Shown: piece after piece, positions 51,394 through 60,519 of the stretch | How the letters are laid out: each line of letters starts with the position of its first letter | How positions within the stretch are numbered: position 1 is the first letter of the stretch | Notes under the pieces: model-generated | Database searches by the model: none | Seen by the model: only the letters and a program-made list of their open reading frames with translations | Told to the model about the DNA's origin: nothing | Position numbers and translations under genes: made by a program | Origin: Patescibacteria group bacterium | Lineage (GTDB): Bacteria > Patescibacteriota > Microgenomatia > UBA12405 | Length of the DNA: 64,000 nucleotides | NCBI GenBank assembly: GCA_038062455.1 | Contig: JBBTXE010000001.1 | Span: 381,760-445,759, forward strand | Reading direction: 5' to 3'

Positions 51394-53331
51394 ATGATCA
51401 CTCTTTCCGATCCCAAACTCCAAAATATCTCTCCAGAAAGCCTGGGTGAACTTTTAATTGAAGCTAAAAAAAACTACTACACCGGCGGTCGTCCTATCAT
51501 GGATGACCATACCTACGACACCCTTGAAGAAATTCTAAAGAAAAAATTACCCTATCATCGGATTTTTTCCAAAATCGGCACTCCCAACTTTGACACCGGC
51601 TGGGAAAAGAAAACCCATACTCACCCCATGTCCTCCCAAAACAAGGTCAACACTTACGAAGATCTGGTTCATTATTTTACGCTAAAAAAACTACCTCAAA
51701 ATACCGAATTTGTCGTCCAGCCAAAGTGCGATGGTCTGTCAGTAGAAATTGAATATCAAAACGGAAAATTATTAGATGCCATTACCCGGGGTAATGGGGA
51801 AATGGGGGATTTAATCACCCAAAATGTAGTTAAAATGAAAAACCATGTCCCGCGCCTGACGCGGGATCTATCTTGCTCCATCCGATGTGAAATTGTAGTG
51901 GCAGAGACTGATTTTAAAAAACTAAACCAAATTGCCGATGAAAAATACAGTAATCCCCGAAACGCTGCCTCGGGCCTGTCTCAACGGCTTGATTCAAAAT
52001 ATGCCGAATATTGCAGCCTTATGGCGGTTGATATCTTGCCATCTGTAGAGACGTTGCGCGCAACGTCTCTACCAATAAATTCCGAGCAACAAAAAATCGG
52101 TTTATTAAATTCCCTCGGCTTTACCCCCGTCGAATCTCACCTTTGTCAAAATTTCGACAGCGTCGAAAAAATCTTTCAGAACCTTCTGATCAAACGTACC
52201 TCTTACCCCTTCAATATCGACGGCCTAGTTGTTAAAATCAATGACCTGAATATTACCCATAAACTCGGCAGTCTCAATAACCGTCCCAAATTTCAGGTCG
52301 CCTATAAATTCCCGCCGTCGACCAATCTCTCCACCATTAAAAAAATTGTTTGGCAGGTTGGCCCCATGGGTTCAATTACTCCGGTGGCCGAAATTGACCC
52401 CATCAAACTAAGTGGTGCCGTCATTACTTTTGCCTCGCTGGGTAACTACGATTTGATTATCAAAAAAAATATCAACCTCGGCGATGTCATTGAAATTTCC
52501 CGCCGGGGTGATGTTATTCCTCACATTGATAAAGTCGTTACCAAGGTTGCTTCCGGCCACATTTCCATCCCCACCCATTGCCCTGATTGCAAAAGTCCTC
52601 TGGCTAAAGAGGACAAATTTCTCCGCTGTCCCAATACCACCAACTGCCTTCCTCAAATAATCGGTTCTCTTAAACTTTTCTGCCAAACTCTCAACATCCT
52701 CGGTCTTTCTGACAAAACCATCGCCAAACTCTACTCTGCTAGCCGGGTTAAAACCCCCGGTGACTTTTTCAAACTAAAGGTCGGCGATATTGAAGATCTT
52801 GACAATTTAGGCGAAAAGTCAACCAAAAATATTATTTCTCAAATCCAGGCCAAAAGAAACCTAACTTTAAAAACCGCGTTCGACGCGGCCATTATTCCCA
52901 GTTTCAGCACTGCCAGAATCCAGCAATTAATCAACGCCGGTTTTAATACTCCCGACAAAATCCTAAACCTCACCATAAGTGACCTCTTATCAATTAAGGG
53001 TTTTCAAAAAACTCTCTCGAAAAAAATCATTGACGGTATTGCTCTTCGAAGAGAATGGATCGAATCAATTTTGTCTCAGATAAAAATCGTAGAGACGCAC
53101 GATCGCGCGTCTCTACAAAATATATCCTTCGCCATTACTGGCACCCTTTCTCTGCCTCGTCAAAAACTAATCGAGCAAATCGAAACCAATGGTGGCAAAT
53201 TCGTTTCGGTAGTTTCCTCCAACACTGACTATCTTTTAGCCAACTCTCCCTCCGATTCCGACAAATATCTTTCGGCTCTAAAATTAAACGTTAAAATAAT
53301 CTCCGAAAATGATTTTCAAAAGTTACTCTGA
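51394..53331 (+). CDS. ligA: NAD-dependent DNA ligase
   Basis: QPKCDGLSVEIEY is the KxDG adenylation motif. OB fold, Zn finger (CPDCKSPL..CPNTTNC), HhH repeats and a C-terminal BRCT domain follow. Confidence 0.9.
   Translation: MITLSDPKLQNISPESLGELLIEAKKNYYTGGRPIMDDHTYDTLEEILKKKLPYHRIFSKIGTPNFDTGWEKKTHTHPMSSQNKVNTYEDLVHYFTLKKLPQNTEFVVQPKCDGLSVEIEYQNGKLLDAITRGNGEMGDLITQNVVKMKNHVPRLTRDLSCSIRCEIVVAETDFKKLNQIADEKYSNPRNAASGLSQRLDSKYAEYCSLMAVDILPSVETLRATSLPINSEQQKIGLLNSLGFTPVESHLCQNFDSVEKIFQNLLIKRTSYPFNIDGLVVKINDLNITHKLGSLNNRPKFQVAYKFPPSTNLSTIKKIVWQVGPMGSITPVAEIDPIKLSGAVITFASLGNYDLIIKKNINLGDVIEISRRGDVIPHIDKVVTKVASGHISIPTHCPDCKSPLAKEDKFLRCPNTTNCLPQIIGSLKLFCQTLNILGLSDKTIAKLYSASRVKTPGDFFKLKVGDIEDLDNLGEKSTKNIISQIQAKRNLTLKTAFDAAIIPSFSTARIQQLINAGFNTPDKILNLTISDLLSIKGFQKTLSKKIIDGIALRREWIESILSQIKIVETHDRASLQNISFAITGTLSLPRQKLIEQIETNGGKFVSVVSSNTDYLLANSPSDSDKYLSALKLNVKIISENDFQKLL
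51848..51866. repeat. P2-family palindrome tcccgcg-cctga-cgcggga inside ligA
   Basis: Encodes VPRLTRD. The arms are identical to the pilin-leader and recG copies. Confidence 0.7.
52045..52072. repeat. 28-bp perfect palindrome gtagagacgttgcgcgcaacgtctctac inside ligA (family P1)
   Basis: Self-complementary. In frame it encodes VETLRATSL. Confidence 0.85.
52874..52888. repeat. ccgcgttcgacgcgg 15-mer (P3) inside ligA
   Basis: Encodes TAFDAA. Identical to the 54135 and 17576 copies. Confidence 0.8.
53089..53116. repeat. 28-bp P1 palindrome gtagagacgcacgatcgcgcgtctctac inside ligA (one arm mismatch in the centre)
   Basis: Encodes VETHDRASL. Confidence 0.8.
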
Positions 53332-53716
53332 AGCCGCATCTTTATTGGCTCAAAAAATTCATCAAGAAAATTTTTCCGACATCTCTTTGGTTTATATCAA
53401 CCCTGAATCAAAAACTTTCGCCGAATTAGTTGCTAATCAATTAAATTTATCTCTTATTCTTCTCTCTGATCCCCAATACTTAATACTTAATACTAAATAC
53501 TTAATACTAATTGACATTGGTTCAACCAACTCTGTTGAGTATAATGAATTTACTGACAAAATCCGTAAAACCTATCCATCTACCAAAATCATTCTGGCCA
53601 TTCCGGTTATCCCCGAATCGGAAAAAACCACCCTCGAATCGGTTTGTGACACCCTTATCTACCTCCATTCCGACCCCTATTTTTTCTCCCTTTCCCAATT
53701 CTTTCCGCTAAAATAA
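53309..53716 (+). CDS. hypothetical protein (doubtful; contains a TACTTAATAC decamer array)
   Basis: 135-aa ORF overlapping the ligA end. It may instead be a long leader region for pth. Confidence 0.2.
   Translation: MIFKSYSEAASLLAQKIHQENFSDISLVYINPESKTFAELVANQLNLSLILLSDPQYLILNTKYLILIDIGSTNSVEYNEFTDKIRKTYPSTKIILAIPVIPESEKTTLESVCDTLIYLHSDPYFFSLSQFFPLK
53475..53510. repeat. TACTTAATAC tandem decamers
   Basis: aatacttaatacttaatactaaatacttaatactaa. Confidence 0.6.
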
Positions 53717-53719
53717 AAC

Positions 53720-54274
53720 ATGAAACTCTTTTTTGGTCTGGGCAATCCCGGTACTAAATATCAAAACACCCGTCATAATGTTGGGCAAACACTTATCAAA
53801 AAATACGTAGAGACGTTTTGCAAAACGTCTCTACAGAATAAGAACAAGTTAAATTCAAAGATCGCCGAAATCAACCATAATTTTTTTGCCGTCTCTACCG
53901 AATACATGAATAATTCCGGAGTTTCAGTTAAAAAAGTAGCTGATTATTATAAAATCCCTCCCGAAAACATTTACCTCATTCACGATGACCTTGATTTGGG
54001 AGTAGGGGAGTGGAAACTCCAATTTAACCGCGGTCCCGCCGGCCACAATGGTGTTATCTCCACCATCGAGCATCTCGGTACTCAAGCTTTCTGGCGCATT
54101 CGTATTGGAATTGACCATCCTCAAAACGGCGAAGCCGCGTTCGACGCGGTTGAAGATTATGTTTTGCGACCTTTCACTAAAGAGGAAAAAGTTATCATCG
54201 CCGAAACTACTGATAAAATAACACGAAGTGTTATCCCAGACTTGATCCGGGATCCACCCCAATTGGGCCATTAG
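53720..54274 (+). CDS. pth: peptidyl-tRNA hydrolase
   Basis: MKLFFGLGNPGTKYQNTRHNVGQ is the Pth N-terminal signature (GLGNPG..Y..TRHN.G). The conserved HDDLDL region is present. Confidence 0.9.
   Translation: MKLFFGLGNPGTKYQNTRHNVGQTLIKKYVETFCKTSLQNKNKLNSKIAEINHNFFAVSTEYMNNSGVSVKKVADYYKIPPENIYLIHDDLDLGVGEWKLQFNRGPAGHNGVISTIEHLGTQAFWRIRIGIDHPQNGEAAFDAVEDYVLRPFTKEEKVIIAETTDKITRSVIPDLIRDPPQLGH
53807..53834. repeat. 28-bp perfect P1 palindrome gtagagacgttttgcaaaacgtctctac inside pth
   Basis: Encodes VETFCKTSL. A half-site cgtctctac recurs at 53891-53899. Confidence 0.85.
54135..54149. repeat. ccgcgttcgacgcgg 15-mer (P3) inside pth
   Basis: Encodes AAFDAV. Confidence 0.8.
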
Positions 54275-54336
54275 CTTATCTGGTAGAGCACCGCATTCGC
54301 ATTGCGGAAGGGGCGGTCCGACTCCGCCATGGTCCA
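54265..54336 (+). tRNA. tRNA-Ala (anticodon CGC) with a G3:U70 identity pair; overlaps the pth stop by ~10 nt
   Basis: Acceptor GGGCCAT/ATGGTCC (G3-T70), D-arm GCTTATCTGGTAGAGC, anticodon stem CCGCA with loop TTCGCAT, and T-arm GGCGGTCCGACTCCGCC (atypical T-loop TCCGACT). Confidence 0.6.
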
Positions 54337-54474
54337 CAGAAATGGAGAATTCGGATCATCGGAAAGGGTTTTCGCTACGCTTTTTGTGACTTTAGTAAAT
54401 GTGCTATACTTAAAAAAGTTTTCCAGGTTATTAGTAAAAGCGTAATTATTAGGATGCATCATTTTTAATTAACA

Positions 54475-54900
54475 ATGATACGTTTTAAGACTTGGTTGAT
54501 GTTTCTTATTCCCACCATCGTTTTTTATACTAAAATTTATTGTTGGGCGGGGATGGGATGCTTTCCTTTGTTTCCGACCCTCGGTTTTTTGGGTGATATA
54601 TACGACGAGTTGGTATACAGGCCGTACGCGTATAGTGAAAAGTGGACAATATTTAACTCTCTGGGTTTCGATTTGGGCACTAGATTTAACGTACTTGATC
54701 CTATCATCATTGTAATAATTTCACTTGCTTCGACTTTCACCTATTTATATTTCATAAATAAATACATGTCCAGATTTCAATACAGTAAATCGAAGCGGTC
54801 ATTATTGTTTACCGGTATTTGGTTGGCCTTCATGATAATTTTCTCTATTATTCCATATTATGTTTTGGGGCAAATTGCACCCGGGAACGGGCCAGATTAA
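54475..54900 (+). CDS. hypothetical integral membrane protein
   Basis: 141 aa with 3-4 predicted TM helices. Codon usage is A/T-rich. Confidence 0.3.
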   Translation: MIRFKTWLMFLIPTIVFYTKIYCWAGMGCFPLFPTLGFLGDIYDELVYRPYAYSEKWTIFNSLGFDLGTRFNVLDPIIIVIISLASTFTYLYFINKYMSRFQYSKSKRSLLFTGIWLAFMIIFSIIPYYVLGQIAPGNGPD

Positions 54901-54933
54901 ATACTCCACTTACCGAAAGCACGCCGGAATTAC

Positions 54934-55015
54934 GCGCGAAACATAAGCGAGGCCGAAGGGCTACCCTTGAAATTCAGTTCGAATTTTTTCGTAAAGAGTC
55001 CACAGAAATGGATTT
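54934..55015. repeat. GC-rich repeat R1 (gcgcgaaacataagcgaggccgaagg...cgaattttttcgtaaagagtccacag), partner R2 at 55891-55993
   Basis: ~80 bp shared with R2 apart from a 30-bp insertion in R2. Followed by a strong GC hairpin at 55034-55065. Confidence 0.7.
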
Positions 55016-55033
55016 TCCGGCGAGTCGGGAATG

Positions 55034-55065
55034 GCGCTCGCCGCGCCCGCCCCCGCGGCGAGCGC
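55034..55065. other. 12-bp-stem GC hairpin gcgctcgccgcg-cccgcccc-cgcggcgagcgc (possible terminator or structured RNA)
   Basis: Perfect 12-bp inverted repeat, nearly 100% GC, in an AT-rich genome. Confidence 0.5.
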
Positions 55066-55172
55066 TGCAAAGCCCTGTTTATACACGCAAAAAAGCCGCC
55101 GCAAATAAAAAGAGTAAAAGAAAAACGCAAAAATTTTAAAGAACTTTTCTTAAAACTTTAAAGGCGCAACCG

Positions 55173-55853
55173 GTGGAACCAACTAAGAATCGCTTCTCGT
55201 TGTCCGATTGCGCCATCAAAAAAGCGATTCCTCAAAAGTTGGTTCCAAGAATAATATACCTTAAAATGCAATTGAAATGCAATATATATTCGATCGATTC
55301 AGACTTGACTTCTAAAAATATGATACACTTTGTTTTGGAGGTAAAAATGGAAAATCAGAGTAACGCAGATAACAAATCTCAACTTTCAAATTTAGTAAAT
55401 CAACCTATGCCGGAAAAACAAAAACAAACTTCAGTTCTGTTAATAGTTTTGGCTCTTTTGGTGTTTTTCCCCGTCGGCATTTACCTTCTCTGGAAAGAGA
55501 AAAAACTGCATGTTTGGTTTCCAAATTTGTTGATACTTCTGAGTGTTCTAAATATTTTACCAGCGCTATCTATTATGATTTTTGTTATGCCAAAAATACT
55601 AAAACTCTATCAAGATTTTGGTATCAATTATAACAATAACAACTCGATAATTCTCGGTTCTATTGTGCTTGCACTCTCTTTGATCGAGATAATTACTGGT
55701 TTTATTTTAAGGAAGAAAGTTCAGCCTGATGGTTCTCTTGAAAATAAATTTATACTTACATGTGTTACTTTCTTTATTACCGAATTTATACCAGTTGGTA
55801 TTTTTGTTATGACTGCTGTATTACCCATTTACAATTTGACATCGCAATTCTAG
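55173..55853 (+). CDS. PilC-like (T2SSF-domain) orphan paralog, single domain
   Basis: ..LYQDFGINYN.. and the C-terminus VLPIYNLTSQF mirror PilC (..LYADFG.. / MPIYNLTSSF). 226 aa is about one T2SSF repeat. Confidence 0.45.
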   Translation: MEPTKNRFSLSDCAIKKAIPQKLVPRIIYLKMQLKCNIYSIDSDLTSKNMIHFVLEVKMENQSNADNKSQLSNLVNQPMPEKQKQTSVLLIVLALLVFFPVGIYLLWKEKKLHVWFPNLLILLSVLNILPALSIMIFVMPKILKLYQDFGINYNNNNSIILGSIVLALSLIEIITGFILRKKVQPDGSLENKFILTCVTFFITEFIPVGIFVMTAVLPIYNLTSQF

Positions 55854-55890
55854 AAATTTGTTCGTTCGCCGGGGCGAACGAAAATCGCGC

Positions 55891-55993
55891 GCGCGAAACA
55901 TAAGCGAGGCCGAAGGCCGAGCATGAAGATGGCCCCGCCACGGCGGGGCTACCTTTGAAAATCAGTCCGAATTTTTTCGTAAAGAGTCCACAG
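55891..55993. repeat. GC-rich repeat R2
   Basis: Same ends as R1. It has an internal extra hairpin ggccccgcc-acg-gcggggc and is preceded by the hairpin ttcgttcgcc-gg-ggcgaacgaa. Confidence 0.7.
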
Positions 55994-56130
55994 TCAATTC
56001 CCCTCGGTCCGCCGTAGTTCACGGCTTTAGCCGGAACGAAGGAGACCCCGAGTCCACAGCGTAATAAATTGCCCCGCAATTTAAACGCTGTAGGAACGTT
56101 TAAATTATAAAATAATTTATTACGTTCCAC

Positions 56131-56745
56131 TTAAATCTTCACCCATCTTCCTTCCCCTTCTTCCCGATATAAATCAACTTTTTCAACCAAAAAAGTTTCA
56201 TCTAATTCTTGTTTTTGAAGTGTTGACATATCACCATTAAAATCATAATCAATGGTAACATGGGGCAAAAAAGATGGTAATATTCCTTCCGAAAACACCG
56301 ATTTATCAAACACAATGCCATTTCTAAGTGACATTAGCACTTCACCAAATATTTTTTGAAATTTTTCTTTTGGTTCTACCTCCGCCGCCAAAATTTTTTT
56401 ATTTTTTTGCTCCAAAACTAATAATTTCGACAATCTCGCCTCAAAATTTCCAACAGAAATATTTTTTATTTTTTCCAATATTGTCTCTTCAGTAACTCCA
56501 TTGTTTATAAAAAACGGCCATAAAATACTTAAATGTAAATTTTCAATCGTTAAATCTTTTCCGGATTTTTTCAAATAAAAACTTTTTAAAAAATCAACTG
56601 TTGCTAGTGGTATTTCCACCCAAACCGCATACCGCAACTTCATAGCTCTATGATACACTAAATAAACATGGAAAATACCCAAAATGACACCTTTCCCGGC
56701 ATTCAGGAAGGTGAAAAAATCCTCTCCGTTATTACCCCTCACCAT
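56131..56745 (-). CDS. 2H-phosphoesterase / LigT-like (2'-5' RNA ligase family) protein; likely starts at the internal Met (MKLRY.., ~56643)
   Basis: Two H-x-(S/T)-x motifs, HLSILW and HVTIDY, at the spacing typical of 2H phosphoesterases. Confidence 0.45.
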   Translation of the reverse strand: MVRGNNGEDFFTFLNAGKGVILGIFHVYLVYHRAMKLRYAVWVEIPLATVDFLKSFYLKKSGKDLTIENLHLSILWPFFINNGVTEETILEKIKNISVGNFEARLSKLLVLEQKNKKILAAEVEPKEKFQKIFGEVLMSLRNGIVFDKSVFSEGILPSFLPHVTIDYDFNGDMSTLQKQELDETFLVEKVDLYREEGEGRWVKI

Positions 56746-57273
56746 TCCGTTTTTACTCTGGAATATGTCAAACTTATTGCCGCTTCCTTATTGATTCTCA
56801 TTGGTTTCGGCTCCTTGGGTAAAATTCATCCCATCTTTATTACCATTGGCATTCTACTGTCAGTCACCGCCCTAATCCTTGGCGCCCTCCTTTACCACTC
56901 TCTCCACTCCAAACGAATTGCCTATATCACCGACCGGCGCATTGTCCGATTCGAACCCTCAAACGCCTTCGTAGTCAATCACCGTTCCCTTAGCTGGGAC
57001 GATACCTCCAAAGTCAAAACCTTTTCTACTAATTTTCTCTGGCGGCTAAAAAATATTGGCACTGTCATTGTCCACTCCAAAACTTCCTCAGCCACTGTCA
57101 ACGACACTGACCAAACCTATCTCACCAATGACGATATTGTTCTTAAAAGCGTTCACTATTACAAGGATCTGGGAAATTACCTCGATAAAATTCTTTACCT
57201 CTACAAACATGACAAAAAGGAGCTCCGAAACATCCACTCCTTTGTCCCTAAACCCAAGGGGCAGCGATATTAA
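56668..57273 (+). CDS. hypothetical membrane protein
   Basis: 201 aa with two TM helices near the N-terminus. Confidence 0.3.
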   Translation: MENTQNDTFPGIQEGEKILSVITPHHSVFTLEYVKLIAASLLILIGFGSLGKIHPIFITIGILLSVTALILGALLYHSLHSKRIAYITDRRIVRFEPSNAFVVNHRSLSWDDTSKVKTFSTNFLWRLKNIGTVIVHSKTSSATVNDTDQTYLTNDDIVLKSVHYYKDLGNYLDKILYLYKHDKKELRNIHSFVPKPKGQRY

Positions 57274-57567
57274 ATGAAACTAAATCACCCTACTTCTATC
57301 GGCGAAAATCTCAAACTCTTTGCCGAAACTCTTAAAAAACGCCGAAAATACCTTAAAAAAGATTATCAGGTTTTAGGCCTCCGGCTGGCCGATGAACTCG
57401 AAGATTGGGACCACAAATCCCTTTATATCCGTCTGGCCAAAAATACCCCGACAGATCTGTTGGAAAAAGCTCTTTATTTTGTCAAAGATCAATCCAAAAC
57501 TACCATCCGGTCTAAGGCCCGTCTCTTTATGTGGAAACTGAAAAAAATAAAGGAAGATAGTGTATAA
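57274..57567 (+). CDS. hypothetical protein
   Basis: 97-aa basic ORF whose start abuts the previous stop (TAAATG). Confidence 0.3.
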   Translation: MKLNHPTSIGENLKLFAETLKKRRKYLKKDYQVLGLRLADELEDWDHKSLYIRLAKNTPTDLLEKALYFVKDQSKTTIRSKARLFMWKLKKIKEDSV

Positions 57568-57714
57568 TTTCGAATGTTTAGCTGCCGTTTTCTTATCTAG
57601 TTTCTCAGTCTCCCTTCTTAGATCATCCTTACTAACAAATACTTTTTTCAATAAACTAATGTCTTTTAAATCAAGCATAAAAATATATTACACCAACTTT
57701 GCTAATATTATTTA

Positions 57715-58278
57715 GTGAAACGAGAGCTAAAACTTCATCTTCTGCCGCTATTGGTTATATTCTGCCTAACCAGCCTTATTTGGCTCCTGTCCCGCACCGC
57801 CTATTACAACTTTTTATTTCTGTTTCTGGGACTTTTAGCCGGTTCTTTTTTCCTGGACATTGATCATCTTATTTTTTGGTTTTATCTCCGACCAAATCTT
57901 GAAGAAAGCCGTTTGGCCCTTATTGCCTGGAAAAAAGGTGACTTCCGCTCCCTGTTAAAACTTCTCGAATCTACCCGCCCAAATCACACCAATCTTATTT
58001 TTCACCATTATTTTTTCCAGGTAGTAATAGCTCTGATTTCCTTTTTTGTCTTTACTTCCTCGAGTTTTGTTTTCACCAAGGCCTTTCTTTTAGCTGTCAA
58101 CATCCATCTTTTGGTTGACGAAATTAATGACTTTTTTCAAGACCCGAAACACCTCCAGAACTGGCTTTTTGCCCGGGAAGAAAGACAGCTCCCCCTCAAA
58201 ACTCTAAAACCCTATATTCTTACCTTCACTGTAATTTCCCTGATTTTTACCTATCTTTTAATTAACTTTTCTTTATGA
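57715..58278 (+). CDS. hypothetical integral membrane protein
   Basis: 187 aa with 4-5 TM helices. Confidence 0.3.
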   Translation: MKRELKLHLLPLLVIFCLTSLIWLLSRTAYYNFLFLFLGLLAGSFFLDIDHLIFWFYLRPNLEESRLALIAWKKGDFRSLLKLLESTRPNHTNLIFHHYFFQVVIALISFFVFTSSSFVFTKAFLLAVNIHLLVDEINDFFQDPKHLQNWLFAREERQLPLKTLKPYILTFTVISLIFTYLLINFSL

Positions 58279-58775
58279 GTTCCTCTCCCCCCTCCCTTTT
58301 TTCGGAAGCTAAAAAATTTTTAAATCACGAACAGGATCTCTTAATTTCCGACGTCAAAAATATTCTTGTTTATCTTAAGGATAATCACATTAATGATTAT
58401 TCCTTTGTCGTCGCCCCGGCCGCCAAGGCCTATGAGGGATATTTAAAAGATTTTTTCTTCAAACTGGATATCATCGATCAATATAATTACGAATCCGACC
58501 GTTTTCGGGTGGGAAAAACCCTCAATCCCTCCCTTCGTTACCGCCGTTATTCTATTTACAAAAAACTCGCCGATCTTCATCAGGACGGCGAAGAGCTGGC
58601 CGAAAAACTCTGGGCCGCCTGGAAACAGGGACGAAACGAAATCTTTCACTATTTTCCTAAAAATATTAAAAAACTTAGTCTGGAAGAGGCCGAAACCCGG
58701 GTTAATTTAATCCTAAAAGCCATTATCGATTCCGGTAATTTTGTTAACCAATATCGCCAAAACTTTCTGTTATAA
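58275..58775 (+). CDS. hypothetical protein
   Basis: 166 aa, translationally coupled (ATGA overlap). Confidence 0.3.
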   Translation: MSSSPPSLFSEAKKFLNHEQDLLISDVKNILVYLKDNHINDYSFVVAPAAKAYEGYLKDFFFKLDIIDQYNYESDRFRVGKTLNPSLRYRRYSIYKKLADLHQDGEELAEKLWAAWKQGRNEIFHYFPKNIKKLSLEEAETRVNLILKAIIDSGNFVNQYRQNFLL

Positions 58776-58782
58776 TCTTCCC

Positions 58783-58983
58783 ATGCCAACTGTCATCGTC
58801 ATTGACCAAAACAAATGCATTGGTTGCAACACCTGTTCTTTAATTGATCCGGAAACCTTTGAAATGGACGCTGTTTCCTCCAAAGCCAAAGTCAAAAAAC
58901 AGCCAACTGTTATTACCGACTCCACTAAGATCGCCATCAGCTCCTGTCCTGTTGGGGTTATTTCTTTATCTGAAAAAAATTAA
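58783..58983 (+). CDS. small 4Fe-4S ferredoxin-like protein
   Basis: MPTVIVIDQNKCIGCNTCSLIDPETF is a CxxCxxC-type cluster motif. The C-terminal AISSCPVGVISL is a Cys-Pro ligand motif. Confidence 0.5.
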   Translation: MPTVIVIDQNKCIGCNTCSLIDPETFEMDAVSSKAKVKKQPTVITDSTKIAISSCPVGVISLSEKN

Positions 58984-58996
58984 TTGTTTACTTAAT

Positions 58997-59974
58997 ATGA
59001 TAAAAAAATCTGTCAGTTTAAACTACGTCAAAATTCCCACTCCGGCAGTAATATTCACTACCATCCTCTTAATAATTCTCTCCTTTTACTCCGGCATCTC
59101 CTGGACCAAGCTAAGGGAAACTACTGTCACCGGCCCTACCGACAGTAAAATTGTCTTTGCCCCCGCTAAAACCGCCAAATCAGAACTCCAATTCTTTGTC
59201 ATGAGTTTTTGCCCTTACGGTAATCAAATCGAAGATGTCCTCCGTCCCGTCTACGATTTACTCAAAGATAAGGCCAATATCACCCCTCGTTACATCTTTG
59301 ACAAAATCGACAACCTCGACACCTACTGCAAAAGCCGATCCGGCGACATTACCCAGTGTAGTCTTTATGTCCAAAAGCAATATTTCAAAACCGAAGCCGA
59401 ATGCAAAACTGCCATCACCGCCAACCTGGGTAAATGTAAAAGTGAAAAAGAATATATCAAAGCTCCCAACGGCACTATGTACGCCTCCCTTCACGGTCGC
59501 CAGGAAGCCACCCAAAACGTTCGGGAAATCTGCGCCTGGAACCTAAATTCTGACAAAAAATTATGGTGGGATTTTGTCGGCAATGTCAACAAAAACTGCA
59601 GCGCCCAAAACGCCGATTCCTGTTGGGAACAGGAAGCCAAAAAAACCGGTCTTGACACTCAAGCCATCACGGATTGTTTTAACAAAGACGGTGTTAGTCT
59701 AATTGAAAAAGAAGTCGCCCTAACCGAAACAAACAAAGTCCAGAGTTCGCCCACCCTTTTAATTAACGGAGAAATCTTCCCACCGGAAAGTGCTTATGCC
59801 CAGGACGGTAAGGGTACTCTCAAAATCGGTAAAAAGGTGGCTACCCAGGATCGTTATCGCCTGCCCAATGTTCTTAAGGAAGCCGTCTGTGTCGGTTTTA
59901 AATCGGCTCCCAAAGAGTGTAATACTGTCCTGCCCGACCCCTCCGGGGCCAAACCTGCCGCTGGCGGCTGTTAA
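58997..59974 (+). CDS. hypothetical exported protein with an N-terminal anchor/signal helix and several Cys pairs (possible thiol-disulfide or Cys-knot domain)
   Basis: In-frame ATG at 58997 gives MIKKSVSLNYVKIPTPAVIFTTILLIILSFY. Motifs include FCPYGNQ and C..C pairs (CKSRSGDITQC, CKTAITANLGKC). Confidence 0.35.
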   Translation: MIKKSVSLNYVKIPTPAVIFTTILLIILSFYSGISWTKLRETTVTGPTDSKIVFAPAKTAKSELQFFVMSFCPYGNQIEDVLRPVYDLLKDKANITPRYIFDKIDNLDTYCKSRSGDITQCSLYVQKQYFKTEAECKTAITANLGKCKSEKEYIKAPNGTMYASLHGRQEATQNVREICAWNLNSDKKLWWDFVGNVNKNCSAQNADSCWEQEAKKTGLDTQAITDCFNKDGVSLIEKEVALTETNKVQSSPTLLINGEIFPPESAYAQDGKGTLKIGKKVATQDRYRLPNVLKEAVCVGFKSAPKECNTVLPDPSGAKPAAGGC

Positions 59975-60519
59975 TGCTAAAACTTAATTCTCACCAACTC
60001 CGTCAAAGCTCGATAGGGCAGGGGAGTCGTCATCAACGAAAAATCACCAAAAATCCACTGGTCATTGTTCTTGATAATGTTACCGACACCTACAATATCG
60101 GCTCTTTTTTTCGTCTGGCCGATGCCCTCAATGCCCAAAAATTATATCTTTGCGGCCAACTGGTTACTCCACCCAACCTTAAAATTCACCGGGCCTCTAT
60201 TGGTACCTGGAAATGGGTTGGTTGGGAACACTTTCCCGCCACCACCGATTGTCTTATCCAATTAAAAAAAGCTGGCTATACTATTTACGCCTGTGAACAG
60301 GCTAAAAACAGTATTAATTACGCCAAAACCAAATACAATTTTCCTCTAGCAATTGTCGCCGGCAGTGAAACCAACGGTATCTCTCCGGAAGTTCTCAAAC
60401 TTTGTGATCAAATTATCGAGATTCCTCTCTATGGCGTCAACAAATCGTTAAACGTCCTTTTAGCCACCGCCATTATTGCTTTTGAATCATTGCGCCTGCA
60501 CCCTTTTTCTCGGCAATAG
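59974..60519 (+). CDS. SpoU/TrmH-family RNA 2'-O-methyltransferase
   Basis: VIVLDNVTDTYNIGSFFRLADA is SPOUT motif 1. LAIVAGSETNGIS...IPLYGVNKSLNVLLATAI is motifs 2/3. Confidence 0.7.
   Translation: MLKLNSHQLRQSSIGQGSRHQRKITKNPLVIVLDNVTDTYNIGSFFRLADALNAQKLYLCGQLVTPPNLKIHRASIGTWKWVGWEHFPATTDCLIQLKKAGYTIYACEQAKNSINYAKTKYNFPLAIVAGSETNGISPEVLKLCDQIIEIPLYGVNKSLNVLLATAIIAFESLRLHPFSRQ

Noticed and set aside
54901-55170. RNase P RNA, tmRNA or SRP RNA in the GC-rich islands at 54.9-55.2 kb and 55.86-56.13 kb
   Set aside because: I could not find the universal P4 (AGGAAAGUCCGGGCUCC / ACAGAAACGG-like) strands, the tmRNA tRNA-like ends with a tag ORF, or the SRP domain IV GGAA tetraloop motif by eye. 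They are left as an unexplained structured repeat rather than a named ncRNA.
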